Shown here in pieces: positions 54,931-64,000 of a stretch of 64,000 bases of DNA. The stretch is taken from IMG/VR virus record IMGVR_UViG_3300009151_000031. One strand, given 5' to 3'. Origin of the DNA: a virus. The notes under the pieces are model-generated. The model was not told where the DNA came from, searched no databases, and saw only the letters and a list, made by a program, of their open reading frames with translations. Numbering within the stretch: the stretch's first letter is position 1; every line of letters begins with the position of its first letter. The position numbers were made by a program, and so were the translations under genes.

Positions 54931-55311
54931 ATGGCTTATTCAGATAAAGTAATTGATCATTATGAAAATCCACGCAACGTGGGATCGTTTTCTAAAGAAG
55001 ACGATAATGTGGGCACCGGCATGGTTGGTGCTCCTGCGTGTGGTGATGTAATGAAACTACAAATAAAGGTTGAAGATGGGATCATCACAGATGCTAAATT
55101 TAAAACGTATGGTTGCGGCTCGGCGATTGCATCGAGCTCTTTGGTTACAGAATGGGTCAAAGGCAAAACACTTGACGCCGCAGCCTCTATTAAAAATTCG
55201 GAAATTGCAGAAGAACTCGCCCTTCCGCCAGTTAAGATCCATTGTAGCATCTTGGCCGAAGATGCAATTAAAGCGGCTGTAAATGATTACCGTAACAAAC
55301 ACAGCGTCTAA
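54931..55311 (+). CDS. iscU: Fe-S cluster scaffold IscU
   Basis: YSDKVIDHYENPRNVG, GAPACGDVM, GCGSAIASSS, LPPVKIHCS. Confidence 0.97.
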   Translation: MAYSDKVIDHYENPRNVGSFSKEDDNVGTGMVGAPACGDVMKLQIKVEDGIITDAKFKTYGCGSAIASSSLVTEWVKGKTLDAAASIKNSEIAEELALPPVKIHCSILAEDAIKAAVNDYRNKHSV

Positions 55312-55609
55312 AAAAATTATTGACAACTTGGCCCGTCGTGGCAAAGGTGTTGGTATAAGGCTGGGCGTTCGCACCACAGGATGTAGTGGCATGGCGTATG
55401 TGTTAGAGTATGTTGACGAATACACCGGTGATCCTGGTACTATTAACTATGCCCAACAAGACTTTGTTATACTAGTAGATGTTAAAGATAATTTATATCT
55501 AGATGGTATGGAAGTTGATTATGTAAGACAAGGCCTAAACGAAGGCTTTGAATTTAGTAACCCCAACGAACGTGATCGTTGTGGATGTGGCGAATCATTT
55601 AGAATATAA
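55283..55609 (+). CDS. iscA: A-type Fe-S carrier IscA
   Basis: GCSGMAY, GFEFSNPN...CGCGESF. Confidence 0.93.
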   Translation: MITVTNTASKKIIDNLARRGKGVGIRLGVRTTGCSGMAYVLEYVDEYTGDPGTINYAQQDFVILVDVKDNLYLDGMEVDYVRQGLNEGFEFSNPNERDRCGCGESFRI

Positions 55610-56319
55610 TGCTTATACAAAAATACAATTATGAACCCATTAATAGAGAAACGATTGATGGGAAGAGACACTATTGTCTTCCAGATGGTAGCAAAGTTCC
55701 TAGTGTTACAACAATCCTAGATAAAACTAAAAGTAAAGAATCTCGAGATGCATTAGCACAATGGCGCAAGAATGTTGGCGAAGTGCGAGCCCAACAGATT
55801 ACTACGGAAGCCGCTAACCGCGGAACACGTATGCACAGCTATCTAGAGCACTATGTTCTAACCGGCGAAATGAAAGAACTCCCAGGTAATCCCTTTGCAC
55901 AGCCAAGTTGGTTTATGGCCGCCCAAGTAATTCTAGAAGGATTCCAGAAAGTAAACGAAGTATGGGGAGTTGAAGTTCCTGTTTACTATAGTGGTTTATA
56001 TGCTGGCACTACAGATAGCGTAGGCGTACACGATAGCGAAGCATGTATAATGGATTACAAGCAAACTAATAAACTTAAAAAACGTGAGTATATTGGTGAC
56101 TATTTTATACAGTTGGCGGCCTATGCACAGGCACACAATAGTATGCACGGAACAGACATCAAAAAAGGTGTAATTCTTATGTGCCAACAGCCAAAAGAGC
56201 TCAGTCCTGGCGTTTTTGACACCCCTGTTTATCAAGAGTTTATTCTTGAAGGACACGAGTTTGAGCACTATTGCACCCAATGGAATAAACGAGTAGAACA
56301 GTACTATCAAACTTCATAA
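55609..56319 (+). CDS. PD-(D/E)XK exonuclease
   Basis: PSVTTIL, RGTRMH, YAGTTD, MDYKQT, QLAAY. Confidence 0.85.
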   Translation: MLIQKYNYEPINRETIDGKRHYCLPDGSKVPSVTTILDKTKSKESRDALAQWRKNVGEVRAQQITTEAANRGTRMHSYLEHYVLTGEMKELPGNPFAQPSWFMAAQVILEGFQKVNEVWGVEVPVYYSGLYAGTTDSVGVHDSEACIMDYKQTNKLKKREYIGDYFIQLAAYAQAHNSMHGTDIKKGVILMCQQPKELSPGVFDTPVYQEFILEGHEFEHYCTQWNKRVEQYYQTS

Positions 56320-56346
56320 ATACATTATATTTCAGGATTAATGTAA

Positions 56347-57513
56347 ATGGCAATAGTACAAATCAGTCAAATTCAAGTTCGTAGAGGCCTACAGCAAGAT
56401 CTTGCCGCCACTACGCTCACCGGCGGAGAAATGGGCTGGAGCCTAGATCAACGCAGATTATTCATTGGCAATGGCACAACAGCAGAAGGTGCACCAGCAA
56501 TTGGGCACACAGAAATTCTAACTGAACATAGCGATTTCTTAGGATTTGTTTCTAGTTATACATTTGCAGGAACCGATGCCGGTTACACCAGTCAAACTGG
56601 CGCAACAATTCTAGCACCTGTTACTCGTAGTTTACGAAGTGTATTAGATGACAGCGTTAGTGTACGTGACTTTGGTACAGTAGCTAACGGCACAACAGAC
56701 GACACAGCCGCACTCAACCGTGCCATACAACAAATTTATGTAAGCAGTTTAAATGGTACATATCGCAATGTTCAGCGTACTATTAAAATTCCCGCAGGCA
56801 CTTACAAAATTTCAAGTCCTTTACTAATCCCACCTAATTGTACATTAGCAGGCGATGGTAAAAACAACACATATATTTCAGCCACCGCTGGCACAGCATT
56901 TTCTTTTTGCGATAGTTTATTCCAACTTGGTACCAACATGGGTACTAATGGTGCAACATTGCCGTCTGGAATTTCTATTAGAGATTTGTCAGTTGCTACA
57001 GCCAGCATAATAGCCCCAACAGTACTAGTTAATAAATCTACAGATGTTACATTTAACGATGTAAAATTCATTGGTGGAAATTATGGACTAAGTTTAACTG
57101 GTGCAACGTCAGACATTAAACTTAATAACAGTTCTTTCTCAGGATACGCTACTAAGTCAATGTACATTGACCCGGCTGTAACCGGTATTGTTACTAGAGC
57201 ACGTTATTTTGATACAACCAATGTGAGTATATCAAGTAACTCAGTAGCATCGATTGGCAACGTATTTGCCGCTGGTGCAGGCGTATTTAAATATCAAATG
57301 AATAATTCAGCAAGTACTGTTTATCGCATTGGCGAATTAAAATACAATAGCATGGGTACCGTGGGTAACGTAAAGTTTGATGATGAGTTTGTTGAACCAA
57401 CTACGTATGGTAGTTCATTAACTGCTAACCTTTTTGCTCATGCCAATGGCAATGTCATCTGCTCGACCACAACTCCGGTAACTATAAAATACAACCAGAC
57501 ACAATTTATATAA
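56347..57513 (+). CDS. Tail/baseplate protein with Mtd-N-like and pectate-lyase-like beta-helix domains
   Basis: IQVRRG...GEMGWSLD..RLFIG; SVRDFG..ANGTTDDTAALNRAI; IPAGTYKI; late motif upstream. Confidence 0.7.
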   Translation: MAIVQISQIQVRRGLQQDLAATTLTGGEMGWSLDQRRLFIGNGTTAEGAPAIGHTEILTEHSDFLGFVSSYTFAGTDAGYTSQTGATILAPVTRSLRSVLDDSVSVRDFGTVANGTTDDTAALNRAIQQIYVSSLNGTYRNVQRTIKIPAGTYKISSPLLIPPNCTLAGDGKNNTYISATAGTAFSFCDSLFQLGTNMGTNGATLPSGISIRDLSVATASIIAPTVLVNKSTDVTFNDVKFIGGNYGLSLTGATSDIKLNNSSFSGYATKSMYIDPAVTGIVTRARYFDTTNVSISSNSVASIGNVFAAGAGVFKYQMNNSASTVYRIGELKYNSMGTVGNVKFDDEFVEPTTYGSSLTANLFAHANGNVICSTTTPVTIKYNQTQFI

Positions 57514-57520
57514 GTACAAC

Positions 57521-57967
57521 ATGTTTCAACAAAAGCCAGAGGACCGACTGAGGTCCTGGCGTGAATTTCGATCGACGTTAGATTTAATACCATTAGAACA
57601 AGCACTAGCTCAAACAGCAGAGTATTGGGCAAGGGCTCCTTTTACTCCGTATTATCTGGATCCAGACGATCCATCTAGATGGCCAGATCCCTGGACATTA
57701 ATTATGGAAAATACCTATTGTGATGTTGCAAAATGTCTTGGGATAGTGTATACTGTTACATTAACAACGCATAGAACGGATCTTGATATTGTATTTCAGC
57801 AATATACTGACACCAGAAATAATCATGTGTATAATTTAGCTTGTGTTAACCAGGGAAAATATATACTTAATATGATTGATGGAGCGGTAGTAAATACCAA
57901 ACAGATAGATAAAACATTAGCATTAACAAAGCAGTACCGTGAAGAGTTACAATTAGATAATTATTAA
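57521..57967 (+). CDS. Hypothetical protein
   Basis: WPDPWTLI.EN.YC..AK.LGI.YT. Confidence 0.7.
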   Translation: MFQQKPEDRLRSWREFRSTLDLIPLEQALAQTAEYWARAPFTPYYLDPDDPSRWPDPWTLIMENTYCDVAKCLGIVYTVTLTTHRTDLDIVFQQYTDTRNNHVYNLACVNQGKYILNMIDGAVVNTKQIDKTLALTKQYREELQLDNY

Positions 57968-57976
57968 GAGAAATCA

Positions 57977-60271
57977 ATGACATCAATTAAAGTTACAAAA
58001 CGAGAAGGACACACAGAGGTCCTCGATTTAGAAAAGTTGCACAAGGTAGTATTTTGGGCCACAGAAGGCATTACCGGAGTCAGCGCAAGCGAAGTAGAAA
58101 TAAAAAGCCACATACAGTTTTATAATGGCATCAAGACAGCGGATATTCAAGAAACTCTTATCAAGAGCGCCGCAGATTTAATCAACGAAGAAACACCAAA
58201 TTATCAATACGTAGCAGGTCGTTTAATCAACTACCATCTGCGTAAACAAGTTTATAACAGCTATGATCCGTGCTCGCTATTAGATCTAGTTAATAAAAAC
58301 GTAGCCAGTGGTTTTTATGACCGCGGTCTACTAGAAGCGTATTCACAAGATGAGTGGAATACGTTGGATACATATATTCATCATGACCGTGATGAGAACT
58401 TTACTTACGTTGCTATGGAACAATGGCGTGGCAAGTACCTGGTTCAAAATCGTGTCACAGGCGAAATCTTCGAAACTCCACAAATGGCCTATATCTTAAT
58501 TGCGGCCACGTTATTTCAATCGTACCCGGCCGATACTCGTTTGCGGTGGGTAAAGGATTATTATGATGCAATTAGTCTTGGAGACATTAGCCTTCCTACC
58601 CCTGTCATGGCTGGTGTACGCACTCCTCAGAAACAATTTAGTTCCTGTGTTCTCATTGAAACAGACGATAGTCTTGACAGCATTAACGCTACTGCTAGTA
58701 GTATTGTCAAGTACGTATCTCAGAAAGCAGGTATCGGTATCGGCGCAGGTCGCATCCGTGCCTTGGGTAGCCCAATTCGTAACGGCGACGCCTATCACAC
58801 TGGTGTAATTCCTTTTTATAAGCATTTCCAAACAGCTACACGTTCATGCTCACAAGGCGGTGTACGCAATGGTGCCGCCACGTTGTATTTTCCGCTCTGG
58901 CATTATGAAATTGAAGACCTCATTGTATTGAAGAATAACAAAGGTACAGAGGATAATCGTATACGTCACATGGATTACGGTGTCCAATTCAACAAATTAA
59001 TGTACAAAAGACTCATTCAAGGTGGCAATATTACCTTGTTTAGCCCCCACGATGTACCGGAAATGTACGAAGCTTTCTTTAATGACCAAGAGCGTTTTAA
59101 AGAACTTTATGAACGTGCAGAACGCAATACCAAGTTACGCAAGAGGGTAGTAAAAGCAGGTGATTTATTCAGCGCCTTTATGAGTGAACGTAAAGACACT
59201 GGACGCATTTATTTACAGAACGTGGATCATGCTAATACGCATAGTCCATTCAAGGAAGAGATTGCTCCTGTAAAAATGAGTAATCTTTGTTGTGAGATTG
59301 ACTTACCCACCGTGCCATTGAAAGATGTCAACGACGAGGATGGTAGGATCGCACTATGTACCTTAAGTGCGATCAATTGGGGCAATGTAAAAAGCCCACA
59401 TGACTTTGAAAAGATGTGCCGCCTAGCAGTACGTGGTTTAGACGCACTATTAACATATCAGAATTACCCTGTAAGAGCAGCCGAACTAGCAACTGAAGAA
59501 TTTAGACCACTAGGCGTGGGTATTATTAACTTTGCTTATTTCTTGGCAAAGAACGATGTAAGTTATTCAGATCCAAAAGCACTAGCACTAGTAGACGAGT
59601 ATGCTGAAGCTTGGAGTTATTACCTGCTCAAAGCTTCAGCAGATCTTGCCGTTGAACAAGGTCCTTGCCTGCGTTGGAAAGATTTAAAATCAGCAGACGG
59701 ACGACTGCCTATTGATACACGCAAGGCAGAGATTGATGAATTAGTACCACACCAAGAACGTATGCCTTGGACAGAACTTCGCGAGCAAATTAAATCTACT
59801 GGTCAGCGTAATGCGACCCTCATGGCCCTAATGCCGGCAGAAACATCAGCACAAATTTCAAACGCCACAAACGGTATTGAGCCCCCTCGCAATTATGTAA
59901 GTATCAAAGGTAGTAAACACGGACAGCTACGTCAGGTAGTCCCCGAGTTCCGCCGCCTGAAGAACAAATACGAGTTACTCTGGGATCAAAAATCACCAGA
60001 GGGTTATCTAAAGATTTGTGCTGTATTACAAAAGTACATTGACCAAGGTATTTCGATTAATACAAGTTATAACCCACGTTTCTATGCGGATGAAAAAATC
60101 CCAATGAGCGAGATGTTACAGCACCTGTTATTGTGCTACAAGTATGGTACTAAGCAGTTGTATTATTTTAATACCAATGACCAGCAAGGTGAGATTGATA
60201 TTGATAAATTAAGTACTCCATTAGCCGTTACTAATAACGACGAAATGGATTGTGATAGTTGTGTAATTTAA
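57977..60271 (+). CDS. nrdA: Class Ia ribonucleotide reductase alpha with ATP cone
   Basis: VTKREG cone, QFSSC, SNLCCEI, LMPAETS, YYFNT, C-terminal CDSC. Confidence 0.97.
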   Translation: MTSIKVTKREGHTEVLDLEKLHKVVFWATEGITGVSASEVEIKSHIQFYNGIKTADIQETLIKSAADLINEETPNYQYVAGRLINYHLRKQVYNSYDPCSLLDLVNKNVASGFYDRGLLEAYSQDEWNTLDTYIHHDRDENFTYVAMEQWRGKYLVQNRVTGEIFETPQMAYILIAATLFQSYPADTRLRWVKDYYDAISLGDISLPTPVMAGVRTPQKQFSSCVLIETDDSLDSINATASSIVKYVSQKAGIGIGAGRIRALGSPIRNGDAYHTGVIPFYKHFQTATRSCSQGGVRNGAATLYFPLWHYEIEDLIVLKNNKGTEDNRIRHMDYGVQFNKLMYKRLIQGGNITLFSPHDVPEMYEAFFNDQERFKELYERAERNTKLRKRVVKAGDLFSAFMSERKDTGRIYLQNVDHANTHSPFKEEIAPVKMSNLCCEIDLPTVPLKDVNDEDGRIALCTLSAINWGNVKSPHDFEKMCRLAVRGLDALLTYQNYPVRAAELATEEFRPLGVGIINFAYFLAKNDVSYSDPKALALVDEYAEAWSYYLLKASADLAVEQGPCLRWKDLKSADGRLPIDTRKAEIDELVPHQERMPWTELREQIKSTGQRNATLMALMPAETSAQISNATNGIEPPRNYVSIKGSKHGQLRQVVPEFRRLKNKYELLWDQKSPEGYLKICAVLQKYIDQGISINTSYNPRFYADEKIPMSEMLQHLLLCYKYGTKQLYYFNTNDQQGEIDIDKLSTPLAVTNNDEMDCDSCVI

Positions 60272-60282
60272 GGAAAAGACAA

Positions 60283-61410
60283 ATGAGTGTATTTAATATT
60301 AAGAAAACAGACCATACCAAATCATTGGCTTTTCTAGACACCAACGGAACACCAGCAATTCAGCGGTATGACGTACTAAAGTATCGTCAATTTGACAAAC
60401 TAACGGACAAGCAGTTGGGATTCTTTTGGCGTCCGGAAGAAGTTGATGTGTTACGTGATGCAAAAGACTTTAAAGAACTAACAGACTTTGAAAAGCATAT
60501 CTTTACTAGCAATTTAAAACGTCAGATTCTATTAGACTCAGTGCAAGGACGAAGTCCTAACCTAGCCTTTCTACCTCTCGCCACCATTCCTGAATTAGAA
60601 ACATGGATTGAGACTTGGGCATTTAACGAAACCATTCATAGTCGTAGTTACACACATATTATTCGTAATGTCTATAGCGATCCAAGTGCTATATTTGATG
60701 AGTTAATGGATGTAGAAGAAATTCTTGCCTGTGCTCGAGATATTAGCAAGTACTACGATGATCTAATTGAATATGGTACATGGTATCGTATGCTTGGCGT
60801 AGGTACACATACAGTTAACGGTAAGAAGATTGAAGTTGACATGTATCAACTTAAAAAGAAGTTGTGGTTGGCATTAAATTCAGTAAACGCATTAGAAGGC
60901 ATTCGCTTCTATGTTAGTTTTGCTTGCTCATGGGCATTTGCAGAATTAAAGAAAATGGAAGGTAATGCTAAAATTATTAAACTCATAGCCCGGGATGAAA
61001 ATATCCACTTAGGATCCACGCAAACCCTACTCAAAATTTTGCCTACAGATGACCCAGACTATGCTTTACTAAAAATTGAAACCAAGCAAGAGTGCGAAAC
61101 AATGTTTCTGGCAGCGGCCGCACAAGAAAAAGCCTGGGCCAAGTACCTGTTCAAAGATGGATCAATGATTGGACTTAATGAAGTATTGTTAAGTCAATAT
61201 ATTGATTGGTTAACCTGTAAACGTATGACAGCGGTCGGATTGGACTGCGGCATGAAACCAGGCTCAAGCAATCCTCTACCATGGACACAAAAATGGATAG
61301 CAGGATCAGATGTACAAGTAGCACCTCAAGAGACCGAAATAACCACTTATGTAATTGGTGGTACAAAACAAGACGTTGACAATAACACATTCAAAGGATT
61401 TAGTTTATGA
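60283..61410 (+). CDS. nrdB: Class Ia ribonucleotide reductase beta
   Basis: FFWRPEEVD, LDSVQ, ETIHSRSY, LEGIRFY, RDENIH, APQETE. Confidence 0.96.
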   Translation: MSVFNIKKTDHTKSLAFLDTNGTPAIQRYDVLKYRQFDKLTDKQLGFFWRPEEVDVLRDAKDFKELTDFEKHIFTSNLKRQILLDSVQGRSPNLAFLPLATIPELETWIETWAFNETIHSRSYTHIIRNVYSDPSAIFDELMDVEEILACARDISKYYDDLIEYGTWYRMLGVGTHTVNGKKIEVDMYQLKKKLWLALNSVNALEGIRFYVSFACSWAFAELKKMEGNAKIIKLIARDENIHLGSTQTLLKILPTDDPDYALLKIETKQECETMFLAAAAQEKAWAKYLFKDGSMIGLNEVLLSQYIDWLTCKRMTAVGLDCGMKPGSSNPLPWTQKWIAGSDVQVAPQETEITTYVIGGTKQDVDNNTFKGFSL

Positions 61411-61649
61411 TCACAGTATACTCAAAGAACAACTGCCCTTTTTGCGTTCAAGCAAAGAGCCTATTACAACTAAAGGGTGTTGACTTCGAAGAAGTAAAAA
61501 TAGATGAAAGCACAGAAGCACGTGAGTTTATTGTAGGAGAAGGACATAGAACTGTTCCGCAGATCTATCAAGATGGTAAATTATTAGTAGAGGGTGGATT
61601 CCAAGGCTTGAAGAAACAGTCTGATGAATTCTTCCAGGCTTTGCAATAA
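61407..61649 (+). CDS. Glutaredoxin
   Basis: CPFC, RTVPQI, GGF. Confidence 0.92.
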   Translation: MITVYSKNNCPFCVQAKSLLQLKGVDFEEVKIDESTEAREFIVGEGHRTVPQIYQDGKLLVEGGFQGLKKQSDEFFQALQ

Positions 61650-61667
61650 TATCAATTAAGGAAAATT

Positions 61668-61976
61668 ATGTTAATTCAAAAAGGTTACCAAGCAGGTGAC
61701 GTTGTAGTCTTCAAGACTGTTACAGGCGACGAAATTGTTGCTAAAATTGTAGAAACACTAAGCGACGGATTTTTAGTAAATCGTCCTTGTACTGTTATTC
61801 CTAGCCCGCAAGGTTTAGGACTCATGCAAAGCATGATTTCTGCGGATATAAATACTAATGTAACGCTGAAATCTGAGCATATTATTATGCATGGTCCTGT
61901 AATACAAGATATTGAAAATCACTATATCCGTACTACAACAGGTATTCAGCCAGCCAAGAGTGGAATAATTACTTAA
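61668..61976 (+). CDS. Hypothetical protein, Sm-like beta pattern
   Basis: KTVTGDEIVAKI; Y...TTGI C-terminus. Confidence 0.65.
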   Translation: MLIQKGYQAGDVVVFKTVTGDEIVAKIVETLSDGFLVNRPCTVIPSPQGLGLMQSMISADINTNVTLKSEHIIMHGPVIQDIENHYIRTTTGIQPAKSGIIT

Positions 61977-61977
61977 A

Positions 61978-62349
61978 ATGCCAGGCCCAAATTTAGTAGC
62001 AACAGTTGCCGCAAGCACTGACATAACCCCAGGAACAGGAGTAGAAGGCGCATGTGCGTTGCTACCAGCTGGCCCGGGATATGTTATGGCCACTGCCGCA
62101 ACAGTTGTTTGTGAAATGTTGCCAGTTGCCAAAATGGGAGACCCTGTAAGCCCGCACGGTAATTTCACTAACCCTAAGTTGCCAGGATTTAATCCTTTAT
62201 GTGGTGCGGCATTCATAGCCGAAGGTGCTCCTACAATACTTGTTAATGGTCGACCAATGGCAGTAGTAGGACCATTAGGTAGTTTATGTACATGTGGCCA
62301 TTGGCTACAAGTACCTCGTACTACACGTACACTCACTAAAGGTATATAA
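61978..62349 (+). CDS. PAAR-like spike tip protein
   Basis: AKMGDPVSPH, GAPTILVNGRPMA, CTCGH. Confidence 0.7.
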   Translation: MPGPNLVATVAASTDITPGTGVEGACALLPAGPGYVMATAATVVCEMLPVAKMGDPVSPHGNFTNPKLPGFNPLCGAAFIAEGAPTILVNGRPMAVVGPLGSLCTCGHWLQVPRTTRTLTKGI

Positions 62350-64000
62350 TGGCATCAGCCGCAACACTAAATGCCACAGCTACTATTGTCAATGGACATG
62401 GACTTGCCGCTAGCCCAGAGCTAACATCTGCAATAGCTGTTTATCAAAATCACACGCCACTAACTCTATTGGCCAATGTATACACTAACGCACAAACCGA
62501 CGGCAACGTGGCCAACGTCATTGTTCCATTATTAAACAATATAAGTAGTGCATCAGTTGGGCATTTTTTATTAAACATATATCCTTCTAACATCGCACCT
62601 GCTTGTAGTTCTAGCGTATCTTATTATGCCAGTGGCGGATTAGCAAATGTAACTGGAACTATACAAAGCCAGGCAAATTATCCTTTTAGAAACGGACTTG
62701 CTGGATTTGCTAGTGGATTTAGTTTATGTTACGGAAGTGCAAGCGGATCATTGGATACCGTTGGCTCATTGAGTATGTTGTCCGGAAAAACCTACAGTGA
62801 TTGCGGAGTTGGATATACCGGGATCACTGATTTATTAACCGGCGGTGTTGGTAGCGAAGCTAATTTGCTTGGCTCAATAGTTGCTGGGTGGGGCACAATG
62901 TATGACGCAACCAATATTAATTTAATTGCAGATCCATATGTGTTTGGTCAAAACTTATTAAATCAAGGACTTGGTAGTTACGGTAATTTAAAAAGTAAAC
63001 TAGAAGCTACTGGATTAAACACAGCCGATATTACACAGTCATCATTGATTGGTACTATTAGTTACCCCGGCGACAGTGACCTAACCCATTCATCGTTTAT
63101 TGGTCAAATTACATTGACCACAGTAGATAATATTACAGAAACTACAACAGCTACAGGAAATAATCCTGAAGTAATTAAAGCAATTTATGCAACTATTACA
63201 GGTAGCGACTTAGCCGCAATCGTGTCAGCTACAGGATTTAGTAATAAAAATAATAGTTTAGTAACACTAGCAGATTACATTAATTTTAATAAAGTAGTTG
63301 GCTCAACTAATGTTGTTGAATTAGCAAAATATGATGTTGCTACATTTGCTGATTTTAGCAGTTACTTAAATAGTCGACTTAGCAAACAACCACAAACTTT
63401 TAATAGTTGGAAAAGCATATCAGATTATTTACAGTCAGTATCAGTGCCAACATTATCGCACACACCCACAACAGCAAACACACCTGTATTAAATCCAGGA
63501 ACCGCTAGCACATTACTTGCACAAGTCGGTACTGGCAGCGGTCCGTTTGGTAATCCGGTTATGTCGGATTATTTAGGCGCAGTTGCTGGCTTGCCGTACG
63601 CCAACAGCCTTACTACCATTAACACAAATTACAATTTATTTGCTGGCACAATTACACCGGCAATGCAGGCGTTAGACAAATCAGTAACCGATACATACCG
63701 TGATTATTGGGCATCCGGGACAGCCGGGACAGACCCTGACACAGGAGCACCAACATTTACGTATGGCAACGTAACTACTTCATATATAATTGCAAACGTT
63801 GGTAAGGTAACGTCTGCATTAAATTCGTTGACAGCCAATGCGGCATTTATAAATTCTCAAACGGCATATTATACAATGCTTAATAGTATAACTTCTGAAG
63901 TTGGAAATTTATCCAGAGCCAGTATTAAATTTACCAGTGGCGGCACCACTATGTTGATGTCGTTTGGTTCAGGAATTGGACAGTGGGGAGGTCCAGATTT
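62349..64000 (+). CDS. Large virion-like protein, 3' truncated (MASAATLNATATIVNGHGLAA...)
   Basis: TAATG overlap with PAAR; absent from track, consistent with no stop before window end; Ser/Thr/Gly/Asn-rich. Confidence 0.7.
   Translation, partial: MASAATLNATATIVNGHGLAASPELTSAIAVYQNHTPLTLLANVYTNAQTDGNVANVIVPLLNNISSASVGHFLLNIYPSNIAPACSSSVSYYASGGLANVTGTIQSQANYPFRNGLAGFASGFSLCYGSASGSLDTVGSLSMLSGKTYSDCGVGYTGITDLLTGGVGSEANLLGSIVAGWGTMYDATNINLIADPYVFGQNLLNQGLGSYGNLKSKLEATGLNTADITQSSLIGTISYPGDSDLTHSSFIGQITLTTVDNITETTTATGNNPEVIKAIYATITGSDLAAIVSATGFSNKNNSLVTLADYINFNKVVGSTNVVELAKYDVATFADFSSYLNSRLSKQPQTFNSWKSISDYLQSVSVPTLSHTPTTANTPVLNPGTASTLLAQVGTGSGPFGNPVMSDYLGAVAGLPYANSLTTINTNYNLFAGTITPAMQALDKSVTDTYRDYWASGTAGTDPDTGAPTFTYGNVTTSYIIANVGKVTSALNSLTANAAFINSQTAYYTMLNSITSEVGNLSRASIKFTSGGTTMLMSFGSGIGQWGGPD

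Noticed and set aside
57977-61410. Introns or inteins in nrdA/nrdB (also uvsX, helicases)
   Set aside because: Frames are continuous with normal lengths and no Hint or homing-endonuclease motifs

Overview
64 kb of an AT-rich, T4-like jumbo myovirus genome, read in standard code 11 and almost entirely on the + strand. Host-like groEL, iscU and rpoZ suggest a proteobacterial (probably Burkholderiales-like) host; this is inference. Layout: uvsX/uvsY recombination genes (0.5-3.6 kb); a 14 kb tRNA island (6.9-21.1 kb) with 27 CCA-encoding tRNAs covering all 20 amino acids; a sugar-nucleotide/glycosyltransferase cluster (22-31 kb); groES-groEL; early genes behind repeated sigma70 promoters; replication genes (UvsW-like helicase, mini-DnaE, primase, DnaB/gp41); late virion genes behind (T)ATAAATA motifs; iscU-iscA; nrdAB-glutaredoxin; PAAR. 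Top candidates for undescribed biology: (1) a leaderless 42-codon peptide at 9165-9293 that uses all 20 amino acids and every split codon box, and stops inside a long antiterminator hairpin overlapping an intrinsic terminator, i.e. a possible pan-tRNA-sensing attenuator; (2) a thrice-repeated cassette of a signal-peptide-less, Arg-less TRAP/DctP binding protein plus a catalytically degenerate peroxiredoxin-fold protein; (3) several closed-stem structured ncRNAs and tRNA-like RNAs, including a tRNA nested inside another tRNA shell; (4) a 3' UTR loop exactly complementary to its own gene's RBS 1.1 kb upstream; (5) a 202-aa mini C-family polymerase. All protein assignments come from motif recognition by eye; no database searches were run.
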